This document shows positions 50,896-63,747 of a DNA stretch of 64,000 nt, piece by piece; position 1 is the first letter of the stretch; each line of letters begins with the position of its first letter. The notes under the pieces were generated by a model. That model was not told the origin of the DNA. It saw only the letters and a program-made list of their open reading frames with translations, and made no database searches. The DNA lies in assembly GCF_006345805.1 (NCBI RefSeq), contig NW_021832440.1, positions 62,001 through 126,000 of the forward strand. Reading direction: 5' to 3'. The DNA comes from Octopus sinensis. Its lineage: Eukaryota. Both the position numbers and the translations under genes were made by a program.

Positions 50896-52963
50896 ATGCT
50901 GTTCCCCATTGCGGTTTTAAATTTTATCGCATTTACAAATTTATCTACGAATGATAACGCTCTCCCTCATTTGAAATCGGATGTTTTAAGAAACATTAAA
51001 CATCAAACTCTCGTGTTTATATACTCCTCAAGGTATTTCAAATTATTGCTATAATAATAGCTGCGATTCAAAATATTGTTCCTGGATTTCTGATTTTGCT
51101 TGTTCACTACCAAAAAATCTACAAAATTTGAACGTCACGATTGGAAAATTTGATTTGGTTTATAATAACATCTTTTTTCGCCAGTTAATGCTGTATTCTA
51201 ATTAAATAGAAATAATATTTACAATATTCCAGGATTTAGAATGTACGCCTATGGACGAGGACATGATTTTTTGGGGTCAGTCGACATTCAGAGTTTGCTG
51301 ATATAGACAAAAACTATTTTAGGTGTCCGTAAGTTTGTCCTTCGAGTAATCGCCAATGATACGAACTCTCCGATACTCACATTGACGGATTTAAATTACT
51401 CCAAGTTTGTTTCTAGATATGACACTATTTTTTATTACTTCTTTATGAAAAGGTTTACAACTAGTTATCAATTTTTAGTTGTCAGCCTTGTACTCTTTCG
51501 TTGCCCTCTGTCGAATCCGCAGCTCTTTCCTTACAAGATAACTTTCCTGACCTGAAATTCGTTTTGGTAGAATCTAGCGAGACAAAAATTACTTCAGAAT
51601 TCGATATTCATTATTATCCGACTATAAAAATCTTGGTTAAAAAACAAGTCTACACGTGTCAATCTGACGGTATCTTCAAACTTATGGGTATTTTCAGTCA
51701 TTAAAAATATAGAAATTCTTGAGTGTGTTAATAAATATTTGAATCCTCCCAAAGAGTCGGTTGCGTATATTGAAACAGTTCAGTCTGTTCTCCACAATCT
51801 GATGTACTCTGAATTTTTATTTCTTGGATACTTTACAAAAAAGGACGAAATTTTCCATTCTTTTCTCGATTTTGGTTAATTAAAACTTTTATAAATGTAA
51901 ATAACAGGAAAAAATAAAAGCTTTCATTTAAATTTGATTTATACTTTGGATCCTTCTTCAGAGGCGAGATGGAAAATTAGTCATGGAAATATAGTAATGT
52001 TTGTCCCGAAAGGATCATATGTTGAAGGAGCTGAAACATTTCACATTTATTCTGTTAGTTTTAAAATTTTATAGTTTAGGGAAATTTGAATCACGTAGCT
52101 ATAACAGAATTCGTGAAAAGTCATTTATCAGTTATGGTTGGGCAACTCACCAAAAAAAACTTTAAATTGATGTTTTCACATAGACCTTTGTGTCTCATGT
52201 TTTTTGAAGTCTCTTGGATTCCTGAAAACTTTAGTGGTAATTTTTAAAAAAACCCAATATATAGGCACGGAGTATTTTCGTCAAAAAATTATCGAATTAG
52301 CGAAAAGACATCATAATGTTTCATTTGCATACAGTAATCCGCAAATTCAACGTGAACTGAGAGAATTGAATTTTGATATCTCCTTAGAATACTACGATTT
52401 TGGATTTGGCTGTCTTGACAGTCAAGGATTTAAGTATCAGATGCCAATGTCGGATTCTCTAAACGTTTTAAAAATATCCCAATTCGTCAATCAGTTCATA
52501 ACTGGTATTTTATATCTATCGACTTGATAGGACATCTCGAACCTTTCAGAATGACCAAAAGTAGTAAAGTGAAGAGCTCCGTTACTCAGCTTACCGGTAA
52601 GAACTTCGATCAGGTAAAAGGTTTTACCAAACTTTTATTCAGTTGGTCATGTCTGGGAAGTCCAACTGGTTACTATTTCTATATGATGGATACATGCCTG
52701 TCATCAACTTTCCAATGAAAACATTCCGGCAGGTTTTTGCAGAATATAAAAATTCAAATTTGGCTTTTGGAGAAATGGATATTTCCACAAACGACCCACA
52801 CCCGTCATTTATATCCCAGATCGTTGCTAATCCGACGATACTACATTATTCCAACGGGTTGTCAATTTTGTATTCAATGGCTTTTGATAAGGAAAATTTA
52901 ATGCGGTTTGTCTTTGAGCAAGAAAGTCAAAACTTTTCAAAAAATACAAATCCAGAGCTTTAG
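50896..52963 (+). CDS. PDIA4: PDIA4/ERp72-like thioredoxin-fold ER protein, divergent
   Basis: Hydrophobic N-terminus and five thioredoxin-like domains. The b' region RPLCLMFF...TEYFRQKIIELAK...GFKYQM...FVNQFITGHLEP aligns by eye with PDIA4. The C-terminus is NPEL (KDEL-like). Confidence 0.75.
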
Positions 52964-54133
52964 TCTCAATAATTTATATTTAATAGTTCTTAATCTTATA
53001 AATACATTTTGTTGTTATTAAAATTGAGTTTTTTGATTAAAGTATTAGAAAGTACAATTGACTTGCAATTGTCCTGTATGATTGCAAGTAAAGATAATAA
53101 TTTAATTGAGCAAATTAGTTGTTTATTACTCGTTGGGTTTTACGAAGAATATTAAGTTTCCTGTTGTGAGGAAATCTGGAGATAAACCAAGCAAATCACA
53201 ACTTGATTAGATTTTAATCTATATTAGTCAATATTTTTCTCTTTAGTTGATTGCATCAGGCCATTATTAACCAGTGCCTAAATAAAGAGTATAAAGATTG
53301 GTTATATTCTGTACGGGTTGGTGTCAAGAAGGCTCTCAATTTTGTTGACCATAATTTTCTATTTTATTTAATGGATTTTTCTGGAATACCTGTTTGGATT
53401 GTAAACTTTGTGAAAAGTATTGTACGAATGTGTACTATGAAGCTCCATATTGACGGAAGAAGAATTGATTCTGTAAAGCTGGGCCGAGGAACTCTACAGA
53501 AAGACTTATTATTCCCGCATTCTTTGTTGTGGTAATGGACCCTCTGATCAGGATCCTTAATTTTATTTTTCAAAAAGTCCAGATTAATAAAGAAAACCCA
53601 AATATGTTGTTTTATTCTACGAATCTCCTTCATTGACGATCTCAAGATATTTGTTTTAAATAAGATACAGTAATTAAAATGATGGAAGCTGTTAATTGAT
53701 CCTTCAAAAATGCTTGTTTGGAGATGAATTCAGAAAAATAAGCGTCAAATGTTAAATCGCTATTTTGTTGTGAGACATTGGAAGGAATTAGATGATATTG
53801 TTATTTGGGTTATTCGAGGATGGGGGAAGTAATGTCCTAAAGAATAAAGTTATGGATTCCCTCACTAAAGATGTTAAGAAAAGGATAACGATGCTTTCAA
53901 ATACAAAGCTAAATTCAGTAAACTTGTTCCATGCTATAAATGAATATGCTATTTTTTTATACAACTATTACATTGAACTTATCAAATACGAAAACTCATA
54001 CGACTCTCAGACTGTATCTCAAACATGCAAATATCGAGATTTTATATCCAAACCGTAAATCTTTGGAGAAGAGACTTGCTTCAATTTTTTTAAGAGTAAA
54101 TGGATGCTCTTCCAGTTTCTGAAAAGTTTAGAT

Positions 54134-54349
54134 TCTAAACTTTGAGAGACTGATTGTTGTTCATGATATTCGGGTGTGTCTTTCGTCAAAGGATCCAGAA
54201 ATCGATAGGTTAGTGGTTGATAAACAACACCATCCATCTCATTAATTAAATAATTTTTTTCCTTAATTTTCTAAAAATCGATAAGAGCTACGCAAAAAAT
54301 TATTTAGATGGCAAGGGGTACGCAAGGCATAAAAGTTTGAGAACCACTG
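54134..54349. mobile_element. hAT (Buster/Charlie-type) non-autonomous fragment
   Basis: The right end is TTTGAGAACCACTG. The 8-bp TSD GTTTAGA(T/A) with central TA is at 54126-54133 and 54350-54357. Removal restores host codons KSLERQST. Confidence 0.7.
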
Positions 54350-55040
54350 GTTTAGAAAGACAGTCGACAGTATGCTAGAAAGACGGAGGTCGGGAATCCT
54401 GCTACTGATAAAAAACAAATAAATGGCACTTAGCTACAATTGCGAGATTTTTTGCCTCTAAATATGCAATTCTCGACATTGAGAAAATAGATGTTTACCT
54501 CATCAAAGATACTCAAAGAAAATATTTGTTTAAAAACATCAATTGTAAAGTGCTACATTCCCTGTTTTTCAAGTGCATGGAAAAACAAAATGTTGACCTA
54601 GCCACGTCCTCGGAGTGGTTATCTAAGGTAAACAATGGTCCACGGAGTGAGGCATTGTACTGTCTCTTGCAGGATAGGAATTTATTTTCCCCATCCATTA
54701 GGTTCTGTGCAATCATTGCAAAAAAGCAGGAAAACTGTCGACCATTTGGACACCCAGTGTGGTAAAATGTTAAACAGTGATTATCTTCAAAGACAAAAAG
54801 AAGTTATAAAGTGTGTCCATCTACATTTGTGTTTAGTCTATGGTATTAAAAGAGGAAAGAAGATAAAGGGTCGTTCGGTTCACTCTACGCAGAATGTTGA
54901 AATCTGAGTTGATACGTCCATTATGACAAAAACAAAAATTCAACACAACAAACCTGATATTTTTGTTTATGAAAAAATAAAAAAAGAAATAACTTTAACC
55001 GAGTAGGCATTAAATCACAAAACCTCTTCAAACAAGTCAA

Positions 55041-55522
55041 GCTCTGTTAAAGAAGAGTCCCTTCCCCCTGAAAGATTGTGTCAGCAAGGTCTACCAACAA
55101 GTGATTGCCCAGACGGTTGAGTATGCCTGCTCAGCCTGGAGGTTTGCAATCGCTTGTTCGAAAGCGGAACGTTTGAACTTACTCAGAAGGAAGATTATGC
55201 TCCACACTGACACCTCAGTTGGCAGCCTTGCTTCCGAGGAGGCGACGCAGAAGAATGGACAGGGTTTCCTACGTTTCTGCAAGGAATTGGGAAACCCACT
55301 CAAGGAAAAGGTTGCCCATGCAGAGGAATTTCGGTCGGTTATAAAGAAATGCACTCCAATTGAGTTCCTCTGCAGAAGGAAGAGAAGGCGTTTCCGGATT
55401 ACGGTCGGGTCATCAGAAGATCATGCAAGGAGAGTACGGCTGTTGTTAGAGGCAGGGATCACCTAATTAGTTAGTTCTGACCTATCTTTCTCGGTGATCT
55501 TGGAGTTAATAAATAAATAAAT
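55041..55522 (+). mobile_element. 5'-truncated I/Jockey-like LINE with (TAAA)n tail
   Basis: 11-bp TSD AAACAAGTCAA (55030-55040, 55523-55533); ORF VEYACSAW...AGIT*. Confidence 0.88.
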
Positions 55523-56053
55523 AAACAAGTCAAAATCGAAAAATTTCACAATATAATCTACAGGCAAATGAATTTTTGATACTCTATGAAGTAGAGGTAA
55601 AAGGCAAAAAAACTGTCAACCAGTTTGGCACCCAGTGTGGTAAAATGTATTCCGGTGGTTTTGACGTGGGATTGAGTTTTCTCGAAATGCTTAAAAATTG
55701 CATAGATAAAATAACCATTTAAAAAGCAACGAGGACTTAAATCCAATCTGTTGTATTGAAAAGAACTCTCTAAAGTATGTTAATTAAACACAAGTGTGGG
55801 ATGAAAGTATCTGGTGATGAATACACCTCTGCTACCGACCAACTTGTGGAAATGGCATGCTGTTGGGATACTTCAATTGAAGCTATGGGAAATATAACAA
55901 TTTGTCCGGCAGAGAGATATAGAGCGAGTTGTAGCATATTATCCTCCTTAGAGAGATTTCCAACAAAAAGGAGTAAAAATATTAACTAAATAGTGTAACC
56001 TTAGTTAAATTTGATTTTGTTTTAATAAATATTTTTTAAATCATAAACACATA

Positions 56054-57488
56054 CAGTGCTGGTGGGAAAAAACCCGTTTTGCAGTTACTAAGTTTTTTTT
56101 GGTGGATAACATTCAATTTTCCAACTGAATTGAACTCTCTGGAGTTCATTAGAATTATAATTTAATTAATCGTTTAAAATTTTGAAGATTTAAATTTTTG
56201 CGTGTGAATAAAAACCGGTTTGATTTATTGAGTGATATTTTATTCGTTGAATTTTAAGTTTTATAGGCAAATGTTAAATGCAATAATTAAAGGAAAGATC
56301 CTTGCTCTTTTTGAGTTAAATTGGACGATAAAAGATATCGCAAAACATCTAAATACTTTAAAATCGACAATCGGAGATTTTCTTCGAAAATTTAAAAAAT
56401 ATGGAACTGCTGATAAAATTCATGGTTCCGGACGTCCTAAAAAGCTTTAGAAAACAGACATTGAAATTCTATTACATCTTATTGAGTGTGATCCAAAAAA
56501 ATCTTCTAACACGTTGAGAAATAAAATAAAAAATTTAACTGGCAAGAGTGTCTGTTGAAAGACAATTGGAACTTATTTAAATTCACATTTTCTTTTCGGA
56601 AGAGTGTGTTAACGTAAACCGTTGCTTTCGAAGAAAAACATAATAAAAAGATGTGAATTGTCAAAAATTTTTATTCTGATGAACAATGATGAATGGAGGA
56701 CTATTATTTTCTCTGATGAAGCATCTTTTCAGATTTTTCCTACTAAAAAAAGGCAATACTGTTATCGAAAAAAAAGTTCATGTTATGAATTGAGTCATAT
56801 AACGCCGACAGTAAAATTTGGTGGAGGTAGCGTTATGGTTTGGGGCTGTATTTTCTATCAAGGAGTGAGCGATTTAGTTTTTGTTAATGGAACACTCAAT
56901 TCCGCTAAATATATAAATGTAATAACGAATAATTTGTTTGTTTCGACGCGAAAAATAGGACTAAATCAGTTCACTTTCCAACAAGATTTGGCTCCCTGTC
57001 ATCAATCTGCGTTGAAAACCAAGTTTTTTGAAGAAAATAAAGGTCCAATTCTTGATTGGGCTCCGCAATCTCCAGACATGAACCCAATGGAACATGTTTG
57101 GAGCATGATGAAGCAAAAGTATTCATTAGATCCTGTAAAAAATAAACTGGATTTCGAAGTCAAATTAATGAAAATTTGGAACGAATTGCCATCTAAAAAT
57201 ATTCGGAAATTAATTGATAGTATGCCTAAAAGGTCATACGAGCTATTTATTAATGGAGGATACCACACAACATACTAACTGTTGATTTTGTTAACTCTTT
57301 TTGTTAAAACCGGTTTTTTATTCACATGCTAAAATTCAATTTTTTTAATTTTCGCCGATTATTGAAATTTTTAAAAGTACAAAAAATTATACATATAATC
57401 AACTTCAAACTCTTTATTTCACTTGGAAAATTAATAGCTATACGCCAAAAAACTTAGTAACTGCAAAACCGGTTTTCCACCAGTACTG
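56054..57488 (+). mobile_element. Tc1 (DD34E) transposon, transposase with in-frame stops
   Basis: TIRs CAGT(G/A)CTGGTGG...TTTTGCAGTTACTAAGTTTTT with TA TSDs; motifs FSDEASF, FQQDLAPCH and SPDMNPMEH. Confidence 0.93.
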
Positions 57489-57776
57489 TATAAGCCAGAT
57501 CCGATCAACATTCCACTATTATTAATGCACATTTGTACATAACAGTTAAAACCAATTAACTACTTATCTCTTGTGCACCCCGTAGAAAATCTCATGTCAG
57601 CTTTTTCTACGCACTCCTATAAAATTTTATTCTGTGGGAGAAATATAAACGTTGTGCTTTTCGTAGTTTTTGTGGCAGTTCCTAGGTCTTCATTCAGTAG
57701 ATTGTATAGTAAAACAGGGTTAAATCAAATTAAAAATATCAACATAAAATGTTATATTTCTAATTAGATAATAAAT

Positions 57777-58004
57777 TTAAGGGCCTTTTCGATTTCCCAT
57801 AATTCTGTCACGCATAATTTTGTAATTGCGAAGGCGTTCATCATAGGAAAGTATCTGAGGTTCCGCGTAGTCGGGTTTGATTGCCACATCTTCAATGACC
57901 TTTTGTCTTTGTAAGATTATGGGAGTAGTTGGATTTACGTTTCTTTCTGAAACCTTCCACTGCTCTGGAGTAAAATCTCGAAGGTCTTCGTCATCGCTGC
58001 TCAT
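57777..58004 (-). CDS. Small SUZ-domain protein (SZRD1-like), 75 aa
   Basis: PIILQR and LSYDERLRNYKIMRDRIMG resemble the SUZ consensus (IxILKR...SxxEREAEYxxARxRIxG). Confidence 0.6.
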   Translation of the reverse strand: MSSDDEDLRDFTPEQWKVSERNVNPTTPIILQRQKVIEDVAIKPDYAEPQILSYDERLRNYKIMRDRIMGNRKGP

Positions 58005-58189
58005 GCCTAAAATTTCTAAAATGAAATATAAGTGGGAATATAAACGATAGTTAAAATAATCGTAGTGAGTTAAAATGTACAACAACTTACTAATTGGTAA
58101 AAATTATATTTGATTAAAAAATAGTAAATTTATTACAAATTATTTATTATATATTCTATCTTTTCCATTATTAGAGGAAATCTTTTATT

Positions 58190-60328
58190 GTCACAATTTG
58201 AAAAACTTGTTATACTCAACAACCAAAATCAAAACACAAAAATTCCCTACAACAAAAAGGACCCAGTTACCTCCTCAGACATTTCATTCTGCTCACCACG
58301 GCCATCTTCATTCATTCATTGAATTATTTCTTACGATTTACGAAGTGACCACAACCCTGTAATATTGAATCTGAACAACATATCCTCTCCCCAAGACAAA
58401 TCGAGACCTTAATTTGAATACAACCACGCTGACTGGACAAGTTTCAAAAATTACGTTGACGATGCTCTTGCCAACTATACCATCAATAACCTCAATTCCC
58501 TTAATTGTGCCGTATATTACTTTAACAATGTAATTCTTGAAGAAAGCAGACTTTTTGTTCCAAGACGAATAATTAAAAAGCAGAATAGAAAATACGATGC
58601 ACAAACTTTGCTTATTAAGAAAAGAAACAAACTGAAAGAAAAAAGACGTGACTAAGAGATGTCAGTGGCCGAATACATGATCTCAGCAAGGAAATCAACA
58701 ACAATATAAAAAAACTACAAGCAAGAAAATTCACACAACCCAGCGCAGGCGTGAGTAAGCAATTTCTTCCATCTCGTTTATGGAAAATGTTGAGACGTCT
58801 CAAAAATTCTGAAAAAACCAATGAAAATGAATAGATCTTACTCAAAACAAACCTCCACAGACTAATGAAACACAATTGCCAAATCACTCACATTCCAAAC
58901 AAAAAACATAGTCGCACCGATCTCAAAGACTAAACCAAGTAGACAAACTCCTGCTTTCCATATAAATCCCAATGAAGTCTACGACGTGATCATACGACTA
59001 AAAAATACACATTCATGCGGACTTGGCAAAATCTTCATTATTATAATGAAACATCTTGGACCTGTGGCCATTATTGCACTGACAAAAATATACAACTGTT
59101 CTATCAACTACAATACCATCTCAACCACATGGAAAATATCACAGATTCACCCAATTCTGAAGCCCGGGAAGCCTAAGGACAATCCTGCCTCATATAGACC
59201 CATCTCTCTATTATGCGTCCCATTCAGAATCCTGGAGAAACTAATATTAAAACTGATTCAACCATCTTTCTTACTTTACCGTTCCAATATGGTTTTAAGA
59301 AAGGACTATCTACATCATCATATCTGAAAAAACTCTCTAACTTTATCCATGAAGGCTTTCAAACCAAACCTATCCGAAAAAACAACTCTTTCCTCAATAT
59401 ACGTAGAAAAGACGTTCGATTCAGGCCCCTTATCCGCAAGATTTTTACCTCAAATATTTAACAGAATTTCAAACTATAACTAGCAAACTTTTTGAGCGGA
59501 CATCGAGGCTTTCTAAATCAAGATTGAAACAATGTCCCTCAAAGATCACCACTGTCTCCAATTCTTTTCAACCTTTATATGAACGACATTCCAATTTCTT
59601 ATCACCGGGATGACATCTTACTATGATATCATCATAGGATCACGGGACTAAAATTTACTCACAGTTATCCAAAGACTTCAGGGAAATATTAACAACATAT
59701 CTTTTTTGCTATGTACAAACCAGCTGAACCTAAGCCCCTAAAAATGCATGACCACTCTATTTACGACTAACCAAAAAATATCGAACTCCGAAATCAATGT
59801 TGTTTTGAACGAAATAAGAATTCCGCAGACAAAAACGTAGGAAATATTCGGTGTGACCTTTGACACCCAATTCTCATTCTCTAAGCATATTGACAATCTT
59901 AAAACTATCTATTTAGAAGATTGAACTTTTAAAGGTCTTTCTTGGTTCATTCACGGGAATACAAAAACCTTAGTTTAATAAAATATACAAGCAATATGTC
60001 GAGCCATCTATTGGTTATACTTGTGGTGCCTAGGTATCATATCCAGCCCCAAAAAAATCTTCAAAAAGCGGAAGGCTGCGAAGTCTATCTCCAGTTTTAC
60101 TGTACGCTTACAAACTCCTTTCGAAACGCTTGTGAGGACGACGGGGTCTGTTTCATGTTAAAGCATGCTGGCAACAGCCCAGACCCTTTGATCTTCATCC
60201 AATCAGAAGGTGCGTCGGATCCCTGGCTGAATACAGAGAGAAGATGCGTATATTGATTGGGAATGTCGGGATCACCTATTTAATTTTTTTTCTGACTTTG
60301 AAGGTGTACTTGGTTTAAATAAATAAAT
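58190..60328 (+). mobile_element. Degenerate I/Jockey-like LINE (end of APE, RT, C-terminus, (TAAA)n tail)
   Basis: ILKPGKPKDNPASYRPISLL, FQYGFKKGLST and LSPILFNLYMNDI; ends VGIT plus tail. Confidence 0.88.
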
Positions 60329-60912
60329 CTTTTCCATGAGTAAATTTTTGCCTGGTTTCTATGCATTAAAACTTTTGGAATCCTATTGGTTCTTTGAAAA
60401 AATCCCTACATGATTTTACCGTAGAATATACATACTTTGTTTTCATCGATAATTCAATACTTTATGCTACAAATTTTCAAAACTATTTCGAATTTTTGCT
60501 AATCAGTCATGACTCTTACTAAACTAGCAGTAACGTGTAATGTTTTAAGAAAGTCTGTTTTTTATACCTGACATTTTTGATCAATGTTCCAGTGATTTTT
60601 TAAGTAATTCTGTTTTTTATATTGTCCCTAAATAATATTTTCTATGAGTATCTTGATTCTCAACACCTTCTTTTCAATAATTTACTAAATAAAGTGACAA
60701 AGTAAAATCCAAAAGTATATATTTTTGAACTTAATCGGGACACAAGCAAATATAATTTAGAAAAGTATCCAAAAACTCTGGTATAAATAATGGCAAACAA
60801 AGTATTTAATTATCAGCCTTCCATTTGATTTTATCTGAGAGTTTAAAAACCTTCAATTATAATACTAAAAATTCTTAATTTTATATGTATTAAAAATATC
60901 TTAAATATTTGA

Positions 60913-61760
60913 ATGTCTTTTTTGCAATCTGGTAATGTGGCCATCCGTTGGTATCATCGCCTATTCATTAAAATAATAAAATGTGGTCCAATTCCAAGGC
61001 ACCTAGCAGTCATCATGGATGGAAATCGTCGCTATGCTAAAATGAATTCTCTAAAAACTGAATTTGGTCACCGAAAAGGATTTGATAATCTATCCTCGGT
61101 TTTTTAAATAATTTATGTTTAAGATTCTTGAGTGGTGCCGTGAACTGGGAATTGAGCAAGTCACAGTTTATGCCTTCAGTTTAGAAAATTTCAAACGTTC
61201 TCCCGACGAACTGAACTGTCTTTTTGATCTTTTTCGCGAGAAAATGTCCCAACTCGTCAAAGAAATGTATAACTTAAATAACTAACAGTGACAGAAATAC
61301 TTTCAAACACGTATCTATTCGATTCTTGGGAGATTTGTCTCGTCTCCCCCCAGATATTCAATCTCTTGCAGAGATCATTCAACAGAATACAAAGTCCAAT
61401 TGTCAAAACATACTAAATATTGCCATTGCCTACACTTCCAGAGGAGATATGTTGCGGGCCACAAGTCGAGTTATTTCCGAATGCAGTGCTGATGCTTTAA
61501 ATGAAAATGATATGGATCGAATGCTTTCTACTTCTGACATACTCAAACCCGACATACTGTTAAGGACCGGTGGGGAACATCGCTTTAGTGATTTTCTGTT
61601 ATGGGAGGTGGATTTGCTTTGAGCATAGTTGTAGTGTAGTGACGCTCAATTGCATTTTGTAAATTCATTGTGGCCCAGTTTCAGTTTTTGGAACTTGCTG
61701 GGAGTACTTTTGAACTATCAGCTATGGAAGGAAGCTGAGGAAGTGGATGTGCATTATTAG
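60913..61760 (+). CDS. DHDDS: Dehydrodolichyl diphosphate synthase (cis-prenyltransferase)
   Basis: GPIPRHLAVIMDGNRRYA, VTVYAFSLENFKRS, LNIAIAYTSR and PDILLRTGGEHRFSDFLLWE; 3 micro-introns. Confidence 0.93.
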
Positions 61761-61933
61761 CAGTTTGATTTTTTGCATATATTTTTATATTAATAAATTC
61801 TGTTGTTAGAAAGTTGTTTTGGACATATTATTTCCCAATATAAGTAATTTACTATTGCTAAGTTGAATTTGTTTTTGCTGTCATTTCCGATTTATGTTTA
61901 AATTTACAAAATAATCACGTTTCTAAGGATACG

Positions 61934-62330
61934 ATGTCAAATATCCTGTCACAAGAATGGGAAAAACCATATTCAATAAATGTTAGCTTCAGAGAGCATA
62001 CCAAGTCGCAAGATTTGTCTAACTACTACGAAAATAATCAAAAAAATGTGCGATATTCTTGGCACAATCAAACACGTCAAGAATTGGTTGATCCGACCAG
62101 TAGTGGAGATAAAAATTAGTTTAGAGACCATCTTTTTAAATAACCAAGTTGATCGACAAAGAACTACCGACCCTGTTCCACGAGTTGTAAGTGTTTTCCG
62201 TGCCGATTAAACTTATTTTAGGATATATCTGATAAACTACTGTCTTTACATCAAAAATCCAACTATCCATTTGTTCTCAGGTAGTTGGAATTAATATGAT
62301 TAACTTAGGTTAAAACCCATTTATTTCTGA
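61934..62330 (+). CDS. Small orphan gene (~100 aa, 3 predicted micro-introns)
   Basis: Three GT-AG micro-introns join four segments into one open frame, MSNILSQEW...PFVLRLKPIYF*. No recognisable domain. Confidence 0.5.
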
Positions 62331-63119
62331 AACCTTATGGTACTATTACGGAAATAAAATTAATAAATTTAACCTCACGATCAATGAATAATCATTTTCT
62401 TAATTTCTTTGAAAGACTGATAATTTAAATTAATAGCTGAGGATGGACAATATAGTATATAAAGTGTAGTAAAGTGCTGAGTAAAAATCAACTTTTCGAT
62501 TCTGTGAGAATAAGTCACAGGCTTTTTTATTTACTAGGTTAATAAAAATATGATGTTTATAAAAGTTTTTGATAAAATTGTTTGTAATTCCCGACTTTGC
62601 TAATATGGTAGGGACCAGCTCAAACTATAGATAACGAATATGTACGACTGGTCGTTCCCACAAGTTTAGCGAAACGGTTTAAATAGTCCAAGACAGATAA
62701 GTCTTTATGGGAGTAGATCCTTCAGATCAAAAGTGGGTTATAAAAAAACGATAATTTTCAAAGAAAAGTTGGGGAAGTTGATCCGAAGCTCTCAGTTTTC
62801 TGACTCGTCGATTTAAAAAGGACAATGGAGGAGGTTGGTGATCCCTGAAGATACAATGGCCTTTGAAGACGTGGTAATAAATACGAAACAAATTAATCAA
62901 TTTTCAAGAGATTTCTCATTTAATCGGGAAGAGTTGAAATCATATGACGCCTATATAAGGTTTAAATGATTTGGAAGACTATCAAAATTGATCAAAATAT
63001 TTTAGTAGAATTCTTACGCTTTCAGAATATTTTCAATTATAGGAATAATAAGTTATATATTAATAATTAACTTATATTAATAAATTTAATAAATTAAATA
63101 TTGTGTTCTAGTGCTACTG

Positions 63120-63501
63120 ATGGTTAGGCATGTTTTGTTAAGAATTCACAAAAATTATATAGCTAATATAATTTAGTCTCATACTTTATTCATGTATCAA
63201 GTCACGTCGGATTCGAGTTCGAAGATGTACGTGGACTACGAAACAGAGACGGAATGCGTAAAGGCCCTGTGCAACATATTCGAGGAAAACCTGAGGAAAC
63301 AAACCCCGAATACAGACTCAATTACATACGACATTCAAGACTTGTTTGAATTCATGGATAATTTCTACGACATGGGCTGTCTAGTGTTGATTGTGTGTTT
63401 ATATTCGTAGTCTCAACGACGAGACATGCTCTTACTACCCAAAGGACAGACGGACTCTCAAGGAGTGGATATATAACTACCTTAAATCCAGGCAGGAATA
63501 A
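63120..63501 (+). CDS. ERH: Enhancer of rudimentary homolog
   Basis: ATG | intron 63123-63176 | SHTLFMYQ...YVDYET..EC...PNTDSITYDIQDLFEFMD...CLV...KEWIY. Confidence 0.93.
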
Positions 63502-63747
63502 CTTTTCTCTTATGATTTTTTGTCTAATTTTTGCTTTTTACGTTATTTAGAACGAATTTTATTCTAATATTAAGGTGGAATAAAAAATTTTTAAAAATTC
63601 AACAATAAAAATGGAATATTTTCAGAACAAGCCTCGGCATAAAGTTGTTGATCACAAAGATTTTAAGATATTTTATTTGGTCTCAGTTCCTTTGGAAAGA
63701 TTGATTTTAGGTGGTCTTGAGATAAAAAAAAATCCATATATTGCAAG

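Larger units (their letters stand above)
53230..55990 (+). mobile_element. Long degenerate R4/Dong-like RLE LINE hosting two later insertions
   Basis: RT (LGRGTLQKD, SFIDDLK), LLQDRNLF + Zn knuckle (HC...TVDHLDTQC) and NKPDIFVY; same family as 28590-29955. Confidence 0.85.
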
